Position numbers and translations under genes: made by a program. From Candidatus Brennerbacteria bacterium (GTDB lineage: Bacteria > Patescibacteriota > Minisyncoccia > UBA6257 > GWB1-50-10): a DNA stretch of 64,000 nt. Shown piece by piece: positions 1 through 12,397 of the stretch (position 1 is the first letter of the stretch; the number at the start of each line of letters is the position of its first letter). The notes beneath the pieces are model-generated. The model saw only the letters and a list, made by a program, of their open reading frames with translations. It was not told where the DNA came from and made no database searches. The stretch covers positions 327 to 64,326 of the forward strand of contig JACPEK010000003.1 of the NCBI GenBank assembly GCA_016183535.1, given 5' to 3'.

Positions 1-1439
1 AAATGCGGCGCCATGAGCTGGAAAGCGATCGGCAATCCGCCAGCCGGCGAACCGCTCTCTCCGCCAACTGGCGAATTATACTTCTCAACCGGAATGGAGA
101 TCGCGGGGATGCCCGCGAGGTTTGCCGGGATGGTGAAAATGTCCGAGAGGTACATCTGGACAGGATCCTGCGTTTTCTCCCCGAACTTGAACGCAGGTGT
201 GGGCGTCGTGGGACCGAGTATTACATCCACCTCCTTGAAAGCGTTATCGAAATCGCGCGCGATGAGCGTACGCACCTTCTGCGCCTTCGCATAATAGGCA
301 TCATAGTAACCAGCCGAGAGCACGAACGTGCCGAGGAGAATACGCCGCTGTGCCTCCGCGCCAAAACCATACCCTCGCTGAAGTTCGTAGATGTCACGAA
401 GCGTCTTTGCCTCCTGCGCTTCGGGGATTCGCGCGTAGCGGACGCCGTCGAACCGCGCGAGATTCGCCGAAACCTCGGCGGGCATCACGAGGTAGTAGAC
501 CGAGAGCGCGTATTTCGTGTGGGGAAGCGATATTTCTTTAGTCTTGAATCCCAATTCCTCAAAGCGCGTGATGACGGTGTCCATCGCTTTTGTGACCTCT
601 GGCGCAAGCCCTTCGCCGAAATATTCCCTCGGTATACCGATGCATAACACTTTCTCATTTTTTAACTTGTCATCAGTAACTCGTAACTGGTCGCTCATAC
701 CTACCTGTCCGGCAGGCAGGCTCGTCGCATCCAAGGGGTCTCCGCCGTGGATCACGTTGAAAACCGCCTCGATATCCTCCACTGTTTTCCCGAAAGGTCC
801 GATCTGATCCAAGCTCGACGCCATGGCGATAAGTCCATGACGCGATACCGCCCCATAGGTAGGTTTCAACCCCACCACACCGCAGAACGCGGCGGGCTGG
901 CGGATCGAACCGCCGGTGTCTGATCCCAAAGCCACAAGCGCCATATCGGCCGCCACAGCGACCGCGGAACCGCCCGATGAACCGCCCGGGACGCGCGAAA
1001 TGTCGTGCGGATTCTTTGTCGGGCCAAACGCCGAGTTCTCCGTGGAAGAACCCATCGCGAACTCGTCTAAGTTTGTTTTCCCCATAATCACAGCGCCGGC
1101 ATCGCGCAATTTCTTCACCACCGTCGCGTCATAGCTCGCGGTATAGGACGCTAGGATCTTCGACCCCGCGGTGGTACGATGCCCCGCGACCAACATATTG
1201 TCTTTGAGCGCCACCGGCACACCGAGAAGAGGTTTTGGGTTGTTCCGTTCCCGAGCTTCTTCATCGACGCGAGCGGCCGCGGCGCACGCCTCTTCGCCGT
1301 ACGTTTCAAGATACGCGTGAAGTACTTCATCGCGCGCGCTAATGTTTGCGAGATACGTTTCGACCGCCTCGACCGCGGAGCACGCGCCGGCGCGGAGACC
1401 CTCGATATAGGTTTTAACCGTTATACTCTTGAAATCCAT
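1..1439 (-). CDS. gatA: Asp/Glu-tRNA amidotransferase subunit A (3' end runs off window)
   Basis: Manual minus-strand translation from ATG at 1439 gives the amidase signature GSDTGGSIRQPAAFCGVVGLKPTYG and RRILLGTFVLSAGYYDAYY; adjacent to gatC. Absent from the ORF track because it has no stop in the window. Confidence 0.95.
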   Translation of the reverse strand, partial: MDFKSITVKTYIEGLRAGACSAVEAVETYLANISARDEVLHAYLETYGEEACAAAARVDEEARERNNPKPLLGVPVALKDNMLVAGHRTTAGSKILASYTASYDATVVKKLRDAGAVIMGKTNLDEFAMGSSTENSAFGPTKNPHDISRVPGGSSGGSAVAVAADMALVALGSDTGGSIRQPAAFCGVVGLKPTYGAVSRHGLIAMASSLDQIGPFGKTVEDIEAVFNVIHGGDPLDATSLPAGQVGMSDQLRVTDDKLKNEKVLCIGIPREYFGEGLAPEVTKAMDTVITRFEELGFKTKEISLPHTKYALSVYYLVMPAEVSANLARFDGVRYARIPEAQEAKTLRDIYELQRGYGFGAEAQRRILLGTFVLSAGYYDAYYAKAQKVRTLIARDFDNAFKEVDVILGPTTPTPAFKFGEKTQDPVQMYLSDIFTIPANLAGIPAISIPVEKYNSPVGGESGSPAGGLPIAFQLMAPH

Positions 1440-1459
1440 AGAGAAAGATTTGTATTCTC

Positions 1460-1774
1460 CTATTCAAAAACAGGGGGCACCTTCAAAAATCCATTCTCGG
1501 ATTCGGGAAATGCCTCACGCGCTATATCGCCCGCAAGCGGTACGCCTCCGTCATTAGCCCGAATCGCATTCGTGAGTGTAGCGCTTCCCCTCGGCCGTAA
1601 CATATCCACGGGCGAGGCGGCCATAGGAAACACACCATCGGTCTTCACCTCGTTCAACTCCGCGACGTACGCGAGTATTTTTTCGAGGTCGTCTAAAAAT
1701 TTTTTCTCCTCGCCTTTCGCGAGCCGTATCCGCGAAAGCTCCGCAAGATTTTCGAGATTTTTTTCGGACAGCAT
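1460..1774 (-). CDS. gatC: Asp/Glu-tRNA amidotransferase subunit C
   Basis: LAELSRIRL...LEKILAYVAELNEV...GFLKVPPV, directly upstream of gatA. Confidence 0.9.
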   Translation of the reverse strand: MLSEKNLENLAELSRIRLAKGEEKKFLDDLEKILAYVAELNEVKTDGVFPMAASPVDMLRPRGSATLTNAIRANDGGVPLAGDIAREAFPESENGFLKVPPVFE

Positions 1775-3874
<2,100 letters not shown>

Positions 3875-4309
3875 TCAATAAGACTTGAGGAGAAAACTCG
3901 TCTCGAGCGCACGAATGGTGCGGCGGCCGGCATCTTTTCCGTTTGCCGATATCACCGCGATACCGTTCACATCCAAAGGATCGGGAATCACGAGACGGAT
4001 ATTTTCCGCGGTCGCGCCGTTTACCAACGAAGGCGCGGGCGCGGACGCCGTGCATGGATAGCTCGCGCACCCACTGGGGGTATGCTCAAAAAAATAGTAA
4101 TAGAGCGCGCGTTCGATGCCCGCATCGGCCGCAAAAATGGCGACGGTGGAATTCGCCGCGTCGTTCGACTGCTGAAGTTGATAGTACATGAGGAGTCCCG
4201 CCACCGCGGTCACGGTAAAAAGAATCCCTCCCATCATCACGACGATCAGGATGAGCGCCTGTCCCCCGCGGGGAAATGTATGAATGCCGGTGGAAATTAA
4301 AGACCGCAT
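3875..4309 (-). CDS. Minor pilin, PilX-like
   Basis: Class III signal GGQALILIVVMM and AIFAADAGIERALY; start chosen at MRSLIS. Confidence 0.7.
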   Translation of the reverse strand: MRSLISTGIHTFPRGGQALILIVVMMGGILFTVTAVAGLLMYYQLQQSNDAANSTVAIFAADAGIERALYYYFFEHTPSGCASYPCTASAPAPSLVNGATAENIRLVIPDPLDVNGIAVISANGKDAGRRTIRALETSFLLKSY

Positions 4310-4923
4310 GCTCGAATAATGCTTTCGGGCGCTTTCGGCGCCTCCCGCGGCAAGACCCGCGAGCTCACGGTGGTCTGGAGTTTTGTTTCGCGATCCGCGA
4401 GCGCCGCGTTCCGCGGGCGTACCCCCATCGCGATGGTAATGCGCCACGGATTGCAGACATCATCGTTTGACAGGCCGTTTTGATTCTTCTGCGCCACCGT
4501 GAACGAAACGTACGCGATGGAGGTATTTTCGGCGGTGAGCGCGCGCGCGCCACCGCTCCCGCCCTGCCTTGTGAGTATTCCGCGAACGGCGTCATACGCA
4601 TACACGACCTTCTCCCCATCATGATTAGTAAACGCAACCGAGGAACCGGAGGTTCCGCAGGCGTTCCCCGGATTTTGCCCCTCACAGAAGCGGTATCCAG
4701 TCCTCATCTCCCGCGCCATCTGCTCCAGCACGCCTCCCGCATTGTTGTTCACCGCCATAAGTTCCGTGAGGAGACGTTGATCCCGCACCGCGTTCACAAA
4801 CACGCCCACCGCGATCGTGACGAGTATCGCAAACACCCCCATCGCCACCACGAGCTCAATAAGCGTGAATCCCCCACGTTGGCGATTGAAAATTGAAAAT
4901 TGAAAATTGAAAATGCTTCTCAT
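4297..4923 (-). CDS. Minor pilin, PilW-like (N-methylation domain)
   Basis: GFTLIELVVAMGVF prepilin motif; start at MRSIFN. Confidence 0.85.
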   Translation of the reverse strand: MRSIFNFQFSIFNRQRGGFTLIELVVAMGVFAILVTIAVGVFVNAVRDQRLLTELMAVNNNAGGVLEQMAREMRTGYRFCEGQNPGNACGTSGSSVAFTNHDGEKVVYAYDAVRGILTRQGGSGGARALTAENTSIAYVSFTVAQKNQNGLSNDDVCNPWRITIAMGVRPRNAALADRETKLQTTVSSRVLPREAPKAPESIIRACGL

Positions 4924-4924
4924 A

Positions 4925-5443
4925 TTAGCGCCTCCAGTTGAAGAAATGATCCTCGACATCAATCAATTCCACTTCTCCGCGTTCGTCCCACTCGACCGTC
5001 GCGCCGACTCTTACTTCACGCTCCGACGGGAACGCGATTGTAACGCGTCTCTTAAAAATAGTTTCGGCGCCCCCGCCCGCGAGGGCGTATAAGCCGCTTC
5101 CTTCGTTCAGGCGGAGCCGCGCGCCAGAAGCGGGAAACAACACCGCGCCAGCCACGGATCCATAATCGACCGTGAACGACCCTTCGGTGAGAAATTCCGT
5201 CCACTGACCGCTTCCCCGCTCCGCCACATTCGTATCAATGATGTTCTTTACCACCTCAATCCCCTCCGCGGCGAGTCCCGCCGCGATCGTGCGATTCATC
5301 ACGCCGCGGTTCAAGGCGAAAGAGCGAGTGAAAAGTGCCACAACCCCCAAGAGCCCCACCACCACGAGCCCGAGCGCCACCATGGATTCGGCGAGCGAAC
5401 TCCCCTCCCGATGATTCATACGCCGATGTCGCGCGCCGTTCAT
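4925..5443 (-). CDS. Minor pilin, PilV-like
   Basis: GSSLAESMVALGLVVVG prepilin-like motif and LAAEGIEVVKN. Confidence 0.75.
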   Translation of the reverse strand: MNGARHRRMNHREGSSLAESMVALGLVVVGLLGVVALFTRSFALNRGVMNRTIAAGLAAEGIEVVKNIIDTNVAERGSGQWTEFLTEGSFTVDYGSVAGAVLFPASGARLRLNEGSGLYALAGGGAETIFKRRVTIAFPSEREVRVGATVEWDERGEVELIDVEDHFFNWRR

Positions 5444-6006
5444 TGTCGTGTGGTAACTTCGCCTCCCGCGCCGACCGCGACGGCGCTGGTTTTTTCGGTA
5501 CCGACAAGGCGCAGTGTTACTGTAATGCCCGGAGGATTCGTCACGAGATAGGGCGATTGGAAAAACACGTCGGGAGCCTCACTCCCCGCATCCGACACGA
5601 ACGACTCGAGCGCGACCCGATCGTTCAGCGTCACTTCTTCGATCAGCTCCCCCGCGCCGTCGTACCGCATGTTTTTCGTGGCGCAATCATCGTTTTGCGC
5701 GGGGAGATCTTCAAATAAAACGAGACGGTTTGGCTTCGTGAAGCGAACTCCGAAACCACAGGCCGCCGCGTTTCCTTTCATGATGTTCTTCTGTAGGGCG
5801 AAGGATCGCGCGCGATAGAGCACACCCGCCACCCGCGCCGTTTCCGCGGCGAGGACCACCTGGCTGTCGGTTGAACGATTATAAGAAAGCAGGAGTCCCG
5901 CAAGAAAGGCGGTGATGGCAGTTACCACAAGCACCTCAATGAGGGTAAATCCTGCGCTGTTTTTCACAAAACGGAGAAAATGGCGCCGGGCAAATCCGTC
6001 TTTCAT
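5440..6006 (-). CDS. Minor pilin, FimT/GspH-like
   Basis: GFTLIEVLVVTAI motif. Confidence 0.8.
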   Translation of the reverse strand: MKDGFARRHFLRFVKNSAGFTLIEVLVVTAITAFLAGLLLSYNRSTDSQVVLAAETARVAGVLYRARSFALQKNIMKGNAAACGFGVRFTKPNRLVLFEDLPAQNDDCATKNMRYDGAGELIEEVTLNDRVALESFVSDAGSEAPDVFFQSPYLVTNPPGITVTLRLVGTEKTSAVAVGAGGEVTTRQ

Positions 6007-6042
6007 TGCGTCTATTATACCGCAGAGGCACGGTTTTTCGAA

Positions 6043-6978
6043 CTAAAAATTCAAGAGCTCGAAATACCACGAAAGAATCGGAAACCCAAGCGTAATGGTC
6101 GCTACAAATCCCAGTACGAGAAATGGTGCAAACGGCAGCTTGTCCCCTATTTTTTTTCTTCCAGTGGCCATGAGAAACCCCCCTCCCGCGCCGCCCGCGA
6201 TAAACGCAAACATGGCGGCAAGGGCGATGTCGGGAAATCCAAGAATAAATCCCGACGCGAGCGCAAGCTTTACATCGCCAAGCCCCATGGCGTTCCCGCG
6301 CGCAAGGAGACTCAAGAACCAGAAAAACATCCCGCCCGCGACGGCGCCTGCGAGATGCATAGCCAACGTTCCCTGAAGGAACGAGGGCGAAAAAAGAAGC
6401 GCGTAATGTTTCAGAAACGACGCGCGGAACGGAGGAAGCGCTCCGCCGTACGCGGCGAGAAGCGCCACAATCCCGACGCCGAGCGCGAGAAGCGCAACAT
6501 TCAACTCGTCGGGGACAAGGTAGTGCCGAATATCAATAACGACGATCGCGAGCCACGCGAGCGCCGCAAGATACCATAAGAAGAGAAAACCGTAGTACCA
6601 CCCGGGCGCCTCGAACGTCGCAATACCGCTCCACCAGCCGGCGGACCCGTACCACGCGCTAAAGAAAATTGGGATGCCGACCGCGAGCGCCGCGGCGGCA
6701 AGTTCGATCGCGGGGTACTGCCACGACAGGCGCGCGCCGCAGGAACGGCACCTCCCGCGTTGGAGCATAAAACTCACGAGCGGAATGAGCTCATACCATC
6801 GGAGTCTTGCGCGGCATTGCATACAATGCGAGCGCCTGCCCGCGCGGTCGGGAGATAAACCAAGCGAGATGCAGGAAAAAAAATTCCGCTCCGGAGAATA
6901 GCGAAGCGTGAGCGCATTCAAAAAACTGCCTGCGGCAAGACCAAAGAGGAAAAGTGAGGCGTAGAAGATGATGCTCAT
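6043..6978 (-). CDS. pilD: Prepilin peptidase (A24)
   Basis: GSFLNA, RSHCxxC...LRWYELIP...RGRCRSC, ID..H..VPD and GLGDVKL motifs; start at MSIIFY. Confidence 0.92.
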   Translation of the reverse strand: MSIIFYASLFLFGLAAGSFLNALTLRYSPERNFFSCISLGLSPDRAGRRSHCMQCRARLRWYELIPLVSFMLQRGRCRSCGARLSWQYPAIELAAAALAVGIPIFFSAWYGSAGWWSGIATFEAPGWYYGFLFLWYLAALAWLAIVVIDIRHYLVPDELNVALLALGVGIVALLAAYGGALPPFRASFLKHYALLFSPSFLQGTLAMHLAGAVAGGMFFWFLSLLARGNAMGLGDVKLALASGFILGFPDIALAAMFAFIAGGAGGGFLMATGRKKIGDKLPFAPFLVLGFVATITLGFPILSWYFELLNF

Positions 6979-7070
6979 CGCGGTTAGTTGATTAGTTACG
7001 CTACGCTTTAGTTGATTAGTTTTCCCAAACTCACAGAGCGCGGAGCGAACGGAACTAATCAACTATTTAA

Positions 7071-7535
7071 CTACGCGTAACTCTTCACGCAATACACCCT
7101 GTTCCCAATGTCGTCGCAGTTGCATCCCTCGCCGTAGTTTGAAATGCCGTTCCGGATATTTTCGTTCACATGACTCACGCCCGCCTGCCGCTCGCCCTCA
7201 AGACACACCCCGAGAAGATAGCTATTCGACGAGAGCCGTTGGTAGCCGTACTTCAATACACTCCCCGTAACCGCGTCGATGACGGGATCGTAGGGAGGCG
7301 CCTCAAGTGATTGATAGATGTCCGCAGGATAGCTCTGGTTCGCGGTGTAGTAAATCTCGAGCCGATTCTGTATCTGGCGAATATCCGAAATGCGACGCGT
7401 GTCGCGTGCATCGCGACGCACGTCGCCAAGTCCCACCAAAATGACGGAAGAAAGGACGCCGATGATGGCGACCACCACGAGCATTTCAACGAGCGTGAAT
7501 CCCCCGTTGCGCTGGCGTGCCATAAGAAAAATCAT
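7071..7535 (-). CDS. Type IV pilin / GspG-like
   Basis: GFTLVEMLVVVAIIGVLSS...ARDTRRISDIRQIQ. Confidence 0.9.
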   Translation of the reverse strand: MIFLMARQRNGGFTLVEMLVVVAIIGVLSSVILVGLGDVRRDARDTRRISDIRQIQNRLEIYYTANQSYPADIYQSLEAPPYDPVIDAVTGSVLKYGYQRLSSNSYLLGVCLEGERQAGVSHVNENIRNGISNYGEGCNCDDIGNRVYCVKSYA

Positions 7536-7540
7536 GCCCG

Positions 7541-7957
7541 TTAGGGAGTCACGCAGTAGATGTCCGCCGATGAACAGTTCATCGAGAGCGTGCAGGTGGA
7601 TGCGGTGGCGCCTCCGTTCGGTTTGTTGGCCGCATCTTCAAGATCGGTGCCAATCGTATAGGTCTGTCCCGAAGTGCAGTATGCATACCCGGGGTTCGTC
7701 TCGGTGCCGGTCGAGGGATCGCGCGGGAGCATGCTCGGCCACGGACTCAAGACGGGATAGCCTCCCACCGCATAGTTCGCCTCGAGATAGGTTTGTATCT
7801 GGCGCAAATCCGCCACGCGTTTCGTATCACGCGCCTTCTGCCGCGCACCGCCCACGCCGATCACCACCACCGAAGAAAGGAGTCCAATGATCGCCACCAC
7901 CACGAGCATTTCGATGAGGGTGAAACCACTTTGCTTATTTTTCATAGGAATTTTCAT
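7541..7957 (-). CDS. Type IV pilin (probable major pilin)
   Basis: GFTLIEMLVVVAIIGLLSS...KARDTKRVADLRQIQ, C-terminal Cys residues. Confidence 0.9.
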   Translation of the reverse strand: MKIPMKNKQSGFTLIEMLVVVAIIGLLSSVVVIGVGGARQKARDTKRVADLRQIQTYLEANYAVGGYPVLSPWPSMLPRDPSTGTETNPGYAYCTSGQTYTIGTDLEDAANKPNGGATASTCTLSMNCSSADIYCVTP

Positions 7958-8055
7958 TAAAATTCACGAATAGTTCTGCGACCTTTCCATGTGCGGTAAT
8001 TGTAGCATATTCGTCAGAGTGTTATTCGTGAAATTCGCATTCCCGCTCGTGCCCC

Positions 8056-9261
8056 TTAAAATGATTTCGTGAGGTTGTAAAGCGGCAGAAGAATCGCGGC
8101 GAAGAGCCCCGCCACCATGAGCCCGATTACGACAAGAAGCGCGGGCTGGATGAGCTCGACGAGATTCGATACCGTATCGTCCACCTGCCGGTTATAGAAA
8201 GATGATACGCGCTCGAGCATAGTTTCGAGACGTCCGGTGGACTCCCCCACCGCAACGAGCTGGGCGACCAAGGGAGGAAAATAAGGCGCGCCTTTCAATG
8301 CCTGCGAGAGAAGCAAGCCCTTCCTGATCGCCTGCGCCACTTCATGGAGCACGTCTTCGTAGACGTAGTTCCCGATGGTGTGCGAGGAAATTTCGATCGC
8401 CTGCGGAATAGTGAGTCCCCCCTTAATGAGCACGCGCGCGGATTCCGCGAAACGCGCGATGTACACCTTCTGGAGGAGAGAGCCAACGAGCGGAAGCCGC
8501 AGACTCACCTCGTTCATCACCACGCGTCCCTCCGCGGTCTGGAGGTAATCGATCGCGAGCGCCGCGAGAATGCCGACCGCGATCAGAATCGCCCACCACC
8601 ACTCCGAAACGAGCGTCCCCGAGAAAAGCAGAATCTTCGTGAACGTCGGGAGTTCGACATTCACTTCAGTGAAAACGGGCGCGATCTGCGGGAGCACCAT
8701 AGTGACCATAATCACCACCACCACAATAAAAAGGCCGATCACGAACGCGGGATATACCAGCGCGTTTCGAAGTTTTCCGATGAGAATGGATTGTTTCTCG
8801 AGGTAGTCCGCGAGGAAGTCCAGTACTTCCGAAAGGCGGCCCGTCACTTCGGCGGATTTCACCATATTCACGTAAAATTCATTGAAGACGCCCGGGTGAC
8901 GCGAGAGCGCCTGCGAGAGGGAGAATCCTGATTCAATGTCCGAAGCGACCTCCGCGATAACCTCCTTCAAGACCGGCTTGGTTGCTTGTTCGTAGAGCGA
9001 CCGGAGGGAGTCGCCGATCGGCACCTGCGAGGCGATGAGGGTGGCAAACTGCCGCGTGAAGATCATGAGATCCGTCCCTTTCACTCGTTCGAAAAAATCA
9101 GTGATCCGCGTCCACCACCCCTGCTCCTTCATGGGTTCGAGAGAAAGCACATAGAGCTCGTGCGAAAGCAAAATGGCGACCGCCGCATCGCGTGAGGCCG
9201 CTTCGACGTTCCCCACCTGGAGCTCACCCTGTTTCGTTCGCGCTTTATAATTAAATTTCAT
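8056..9261 (-). CDS. pilC: Type IV pilus platform protein (T2SSF family)
   Basis: FTRQFATLI, AEVTGRL, ALVYPAF, VGESTGRL, LIQP motifs. Confidence 0.95.
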   Translation of the reverse strand: MKFNYKARTKQGELQVGNVEAASRDAAVAILLSHELYVLSLEPMKEQGWWTRITDFFERVKGTDLMIFTRQFATLIASQVPIGDSLRSLYEQATKPVLKEVIAEVASDIESGFSLSQALSRHPGVFNEFYVNMVKSAEVTGRLSEVLDFLADYLEKQSILIGKLRNALVYPAFVIGLFIVVVVIMVTMVLPQIAPVFTEVNVELPTFTKILLFSGTLVSEWWWAILIAVGILAALAIDYLQTAEGRVVMNEVSLRLPLVGSLLQKVYIARFAESARVLIKGGLTIPQAIEISSHTIGNYVYEDVLHEVAQAIRKGLLLSQALKGAPYFPPLVAQLVAVGESTGRLETMLERVSSFYNRQVDDTVSNLVELIQPALLVVIGLMVAGLFAAILLPLYNLTKSF

Positions 9262-9284
9262 GTGAAGATAATAATAATTGGAAA

Positions 9285-10355
9285 TTAGGTTCTCTCGAGG
9301 AGTATCCTCAATTCCGCCGGGTTCAAAGAAAACGACTCCGCAGCTTCAAGCGAGATTTCTTTCCGCTTGATGAGATTCACGAGCGAGCGGTTTAAGGAAA
9401 TCATCCCCTCCTGCACGCTCGTTTCGATGACGAGATCAATCTGATAAATTTTCCGCTCGCGGATAAGATTCCGGATCGCCGAATTCGTGAGCATGATCTC
9501 CGCCGCCGGTATCCGGCCGCCGCCGATGCGCGGCACGAGCCGCTCGGAAATGATGCCGACCAAGGTCGAGGCGAGCTGGGACACCACCTGGCCTTGCTGT
9601 TCCGGCGGGAAACTGTCAATAATGCGGTCTATTGTTTGCGACGCGGAGTTCGTGTGGAGCGTGGAAAATACGAGATGTCCGGTTTCAGCGGCCGTCATCG
9701 CAGTCGCGATGGTCTCCGGATCACGCATCTCGCCGATCATGATAACGTCGGGATCCTGCCGCAAAACCGCGCGGAGCGCCTCGTGGAACGACACCGCGTC
9801 GCTCCCCACTTCACGCTGGGACACAATGCACCGATCTTGTGAAAAAAGATATTCGATAGGATCTTCGACGGTTATCACGTGTTCGGTGCGGGTGTGGTTC
9901 ACTTCATCAAGCATGGCGGCAAGGGTGGTTGATTTGCCGTGGCCGGCGGGACCCACGATAAGAACAAAACCTTGATGGAGCTTCACAAAATCGTGCAGGA
10001 GCGGAGGAAGGTTCAATTCGTCGACGGTGTGAATCTGCGCGGGGATAAGGCGGAGCGCCGCCGCCATGAAACCGCGCTGGAGATACACGTTCACGCGAAA
10101 CCGCGCTTTGTCCTCGTAGTTAAAGGAAAAGTCTATCTGCTTGATCTTCAAAAAACGTTCCTTCTGTTCAGGTGTGAGGAGTGCACTGATGAGCCCCTCG
10201 GCGTCTTCTTTCGTGAGAATGGGCTCGTTCATAAGCGGCACGAGTATGCTGTCCACGCGGAGTGTAGGCTTCCGCCCCACCGCGATATGGAGATCCGACG
10301 CCGCCTGCCGCGCCGTCACAAGGAGAAGTTCGTTTAATTTTTTTACGTAATCCAT
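9285..10355 (-). CDS. pilT: Type IV pilus retraction ATPase
   Basis: ASDLH, GPAGHGKSTT, EDPIE, LRQDPDVIMIGEMRD, AETGHLVFSTLHT, AIRNLIRE. Confidence 0.95.
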   Translation of the reverse strand: MDYVKKLNELLLVTARQAASDLHIAVGRKPTLRVDSILVPLMNEPILTKEDAEGLISALLTPEQKERFLKIKQIDFSFNYEDKARFRVNVYLQRGFMAAALRLIPAQIHTVDELNLPPLLHDFVKLHQGFVLIVGPAGHGKSTTLAAMLDEVNHTRTEHVITVEDPIEYLFSQDRCIVSQREVGSDAVSFHEALRAVLRQDPDVIMIGEMRDPETIATAMTAAETGHLVFSTLHTNSASQTIDRIIDSFPPEQQGQVVSQLASTLVGIISERLVPRIGGGRIPAAEIMLTNSAIRNLIRERKIYQIDLVIETSVQEGMISLNRSLVNLIKRKEISLEAAESFSLNPAELRILLERT

Positions 10356-10363
10356 TTGATCCG

Positions 10364-12091
10364 CTACGCCGTCTCTTGTATCACTTCTTCAATCGACACC
10401 AGCCCCGCGAGCGCTTTCAACACGCCGTCCTGACGTAAGGTTACCATATCTTGCCGCCGCGCCTCATCCGCAAGTTTTCCCTCGGTGAACGGGCCCGTGA
10501 CGAGATCCGCAACCTCACGCGTCATTTGAAACAATTCAAAGAGCGCGACGCGCCCCACCACGCCTTTCCCCTTGCAGAGCGGACAGGTTTCTTTTGGCTC
10601 CGCCGCCCATACGGTGAAAGGAGTTTTTATTTTCGCACGCTCTTTTACTGTTTCCGGTAACTCCGCGAGCGTTTCTTCAATGATGCGTTCGATTTCTTTC
10701 GAGGGTTTCGTCTCGCGCCTGCATTGCGGGCACAGACGGAGCACGAGGCGCTGGGCCAGCATGAGATTCAAAGCCGAAGATAGCAGGAACGCCGGCACTT
10801 CAAGATCAATGAGCCGCGGGATAACCCCGATCGAGTTGTTGGTATGGATGGTGGAAAGCACCACGTGTCCCGTGAGCGCGGCGTTCACCGCAAGATTCGC
10901 CGTCTCCGCATCGCGGATCTCACCGACCATGATCACATCGGGATCTTGCCGGAGAATCTGGCGGAGTCCCGAGGCGAACGTGTAGCCGATCTCGGGCCGC
11001 ACCTGCGATTGGTTCATCCCTTCCATAAAATATTCGACGGGGTCTTCCAAGCTCACCGTGTTGACCGCTTCGCGGTTCAATTTTTGCATCATCCCGTAAA
11101 GCGTGGTGGTTTTTCCCGAGCCGGTGGGACCCGAAATAAGCACCATACCGTACGGCCGCGCGAGCGCGCGCTCCACGATCGGCAAATGGTACGCTTCGAG
11201 ACCGATCTGATCCAAACCTTTCATGCCAGTCGCGGGGTCGAGCACGCGAATCGCCACCTTTTCTCCGGTCGGCGTCGGAAACGTCGATACGCGATAATCA
11301 ATATCTCTTCCCTGCACGATGGTGCGGAACCGTCCGTCCTGCGGGATGCGAATCTCGTCGAGTTTGAGGCGCGCGAGTACCTTCACGCGCGATACGATCG
11401 GTTGGGCAAGCGCGGAAGGAAGCGAGCTTACCTCTTCGAGTTTTCCGTCGGTACGCATACGGATACGGAGCCGCGTGCGCTGTGGTTCGATATGGATGTC
11501 TGAAGCGCCTTCTTCGACTGCGTGCCGAAGCGTCGCCGCCACAATGGTGATGATGGGAGCGTCTTCGCCGGCGGTCGCCTCTTCAAGAAACACCACTTCA
11601 CTCCCGTCGCCAGGGAGTTTTCCAATTTCCTTCACCGCGGCCTCGACTTCACTCCGGTACGGCGCATAGCGGCGCCACGCGGCCCGGAGCGCGGAGGGGG
11701 TAACGAGATACACCCCGAGACTCATCCGCTCCCGCTTCGCGATGAAGCGAAGCGCTTCCTGCGCGCGGGGATCGTCGGGACGGAGCATGCCAACGACGAG
11801 CATCCCCTGTTCGCGCCCGATGGGTATCACCCGATAAGTGAGCGAGGTTTCCCGCGGGACTGTTTTGAAAAGATCTTCGGGGATGGCCGCAACCTCAACC
11901 GCCCGGTACGGAACCCCCATAAGCTCGGCTTTCACTTTTGCCACCGCTTCCTCCGAAACCTTCTTCCGTTCGTAGAGTAAATCTTCAAACGGCGCGCCGC
12001 CAAAACGCGTGGATTTTTCTATCTCCGCGCGTTCCTCCTCCGTCAGTATTTTTTGTGCGACGAGCGCATCGCCTAATGTTCGATCAGTCAT
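10364..12091 (-). CDS. pilB: Type IV pilus assembly ATPase (GspE/PulE family)
   Basis: ASDIHIEP, PQDGR, GPTGSGKTTT, LRQDPD, tetra-Cys motif; start at MTDRTL. Confidence 0.95.
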   Translation of the reverse strand: MTDRTLGDALVAQKILTEEERAEIEKSTRFGGAPFEDLLYERKKVSEEAVAKVKAELMGVPYRAVEVAAIPEDLFKTVPRETSLTYRVIPIGREQGMLVVGMLRPDDPRAQEALRFIAKRERMSLGVYLVTPSALRAAWRRYAPYRSEVEAAVKEIGKLPGDGSEVVFLEEATAGEDAPIITIVAATLRHAVEEGASDIHIEPQRTRLRIRMRTDGKLEEVSSLPSALAQPIVSRVKVLARLKLDEIRIPQDGRFRTIVQGRDIDYRVSTFPTPTGEKVAIRVLDPATGMKGLDQIGLEAYHLPIVERALARPYGMVLISGPTGSGKTTTLYGMMQKLNREAVNTVSLEDPVEYFMEGMNQSQVRPEIGYTFASGLRQILRQDPDVIMVGEIRDAETANLAVNAALTGHVVLSTIHTNNSIGVIPRLIDLEVPAFLLSSALNLMLAQRLVLRLCPQCRRETKPSKEIERIIEETLAELPETVKERAKIKTPFTVWAAEPKETCPLCKGKGVVGRVALFELFQMTREVADLVTGPFTEGKLADEARRQDMVTLRQDGVLKALAGLVSIEEVIQETA

Positions 12092-12107
12092 GCCATTCCC
12101 TCTTGCC

Positions 12108-12395
12108 TTATGGCGCAAACGGATTCGCTTTCCCGGTGCGAGGCGCGGAGAGTGTTCCCGAAAAATCGCGGAGTCCCTGAAAGGACGGTGCATCCACCAC
12201 TTCGCGCGGATCAAACCGCACTTCGGAAATCACGCGGAGCCGCTCCAAATCCGCCGGCACCACCACGTCGATAAGCTCGGGCTGTTTGAAAAAGAGGTAG
12301 TAGGCGCCCGCGAACACCGCGATGAGTCCGATGCTCACCGAGAGCACGGTAATCCAGTTCGCTCCTTTCTTTTCTTCTTCGACGACGATCGCCAT
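12108..12395 (-). CDS. Small single-pass membrane protein of the pil operon (PilP-position)
   Basis: One TM segment, C-terminal GKANPF, between pilO and pilB. Confidence 0.7.
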   Translation of the reverse strand: MAIVVEEEKKGANWITVLSVSIGLIAVFAGAYYLFFKQPELIDVVVPADLERLRVISEVRFDPREVVDAPSFQGLRDFSGTLSAPRTGKANPFAP

Positions 12396-12397
12396 AA

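Noticed and set aside
3-647. Plus-strand ORFs over gatA, ligA, pil, uvr, nrdJ and others
   Set aside because: Antisense shadow ORFs typical of GC-rich coding DNA; the opposite strand has clear family motifs
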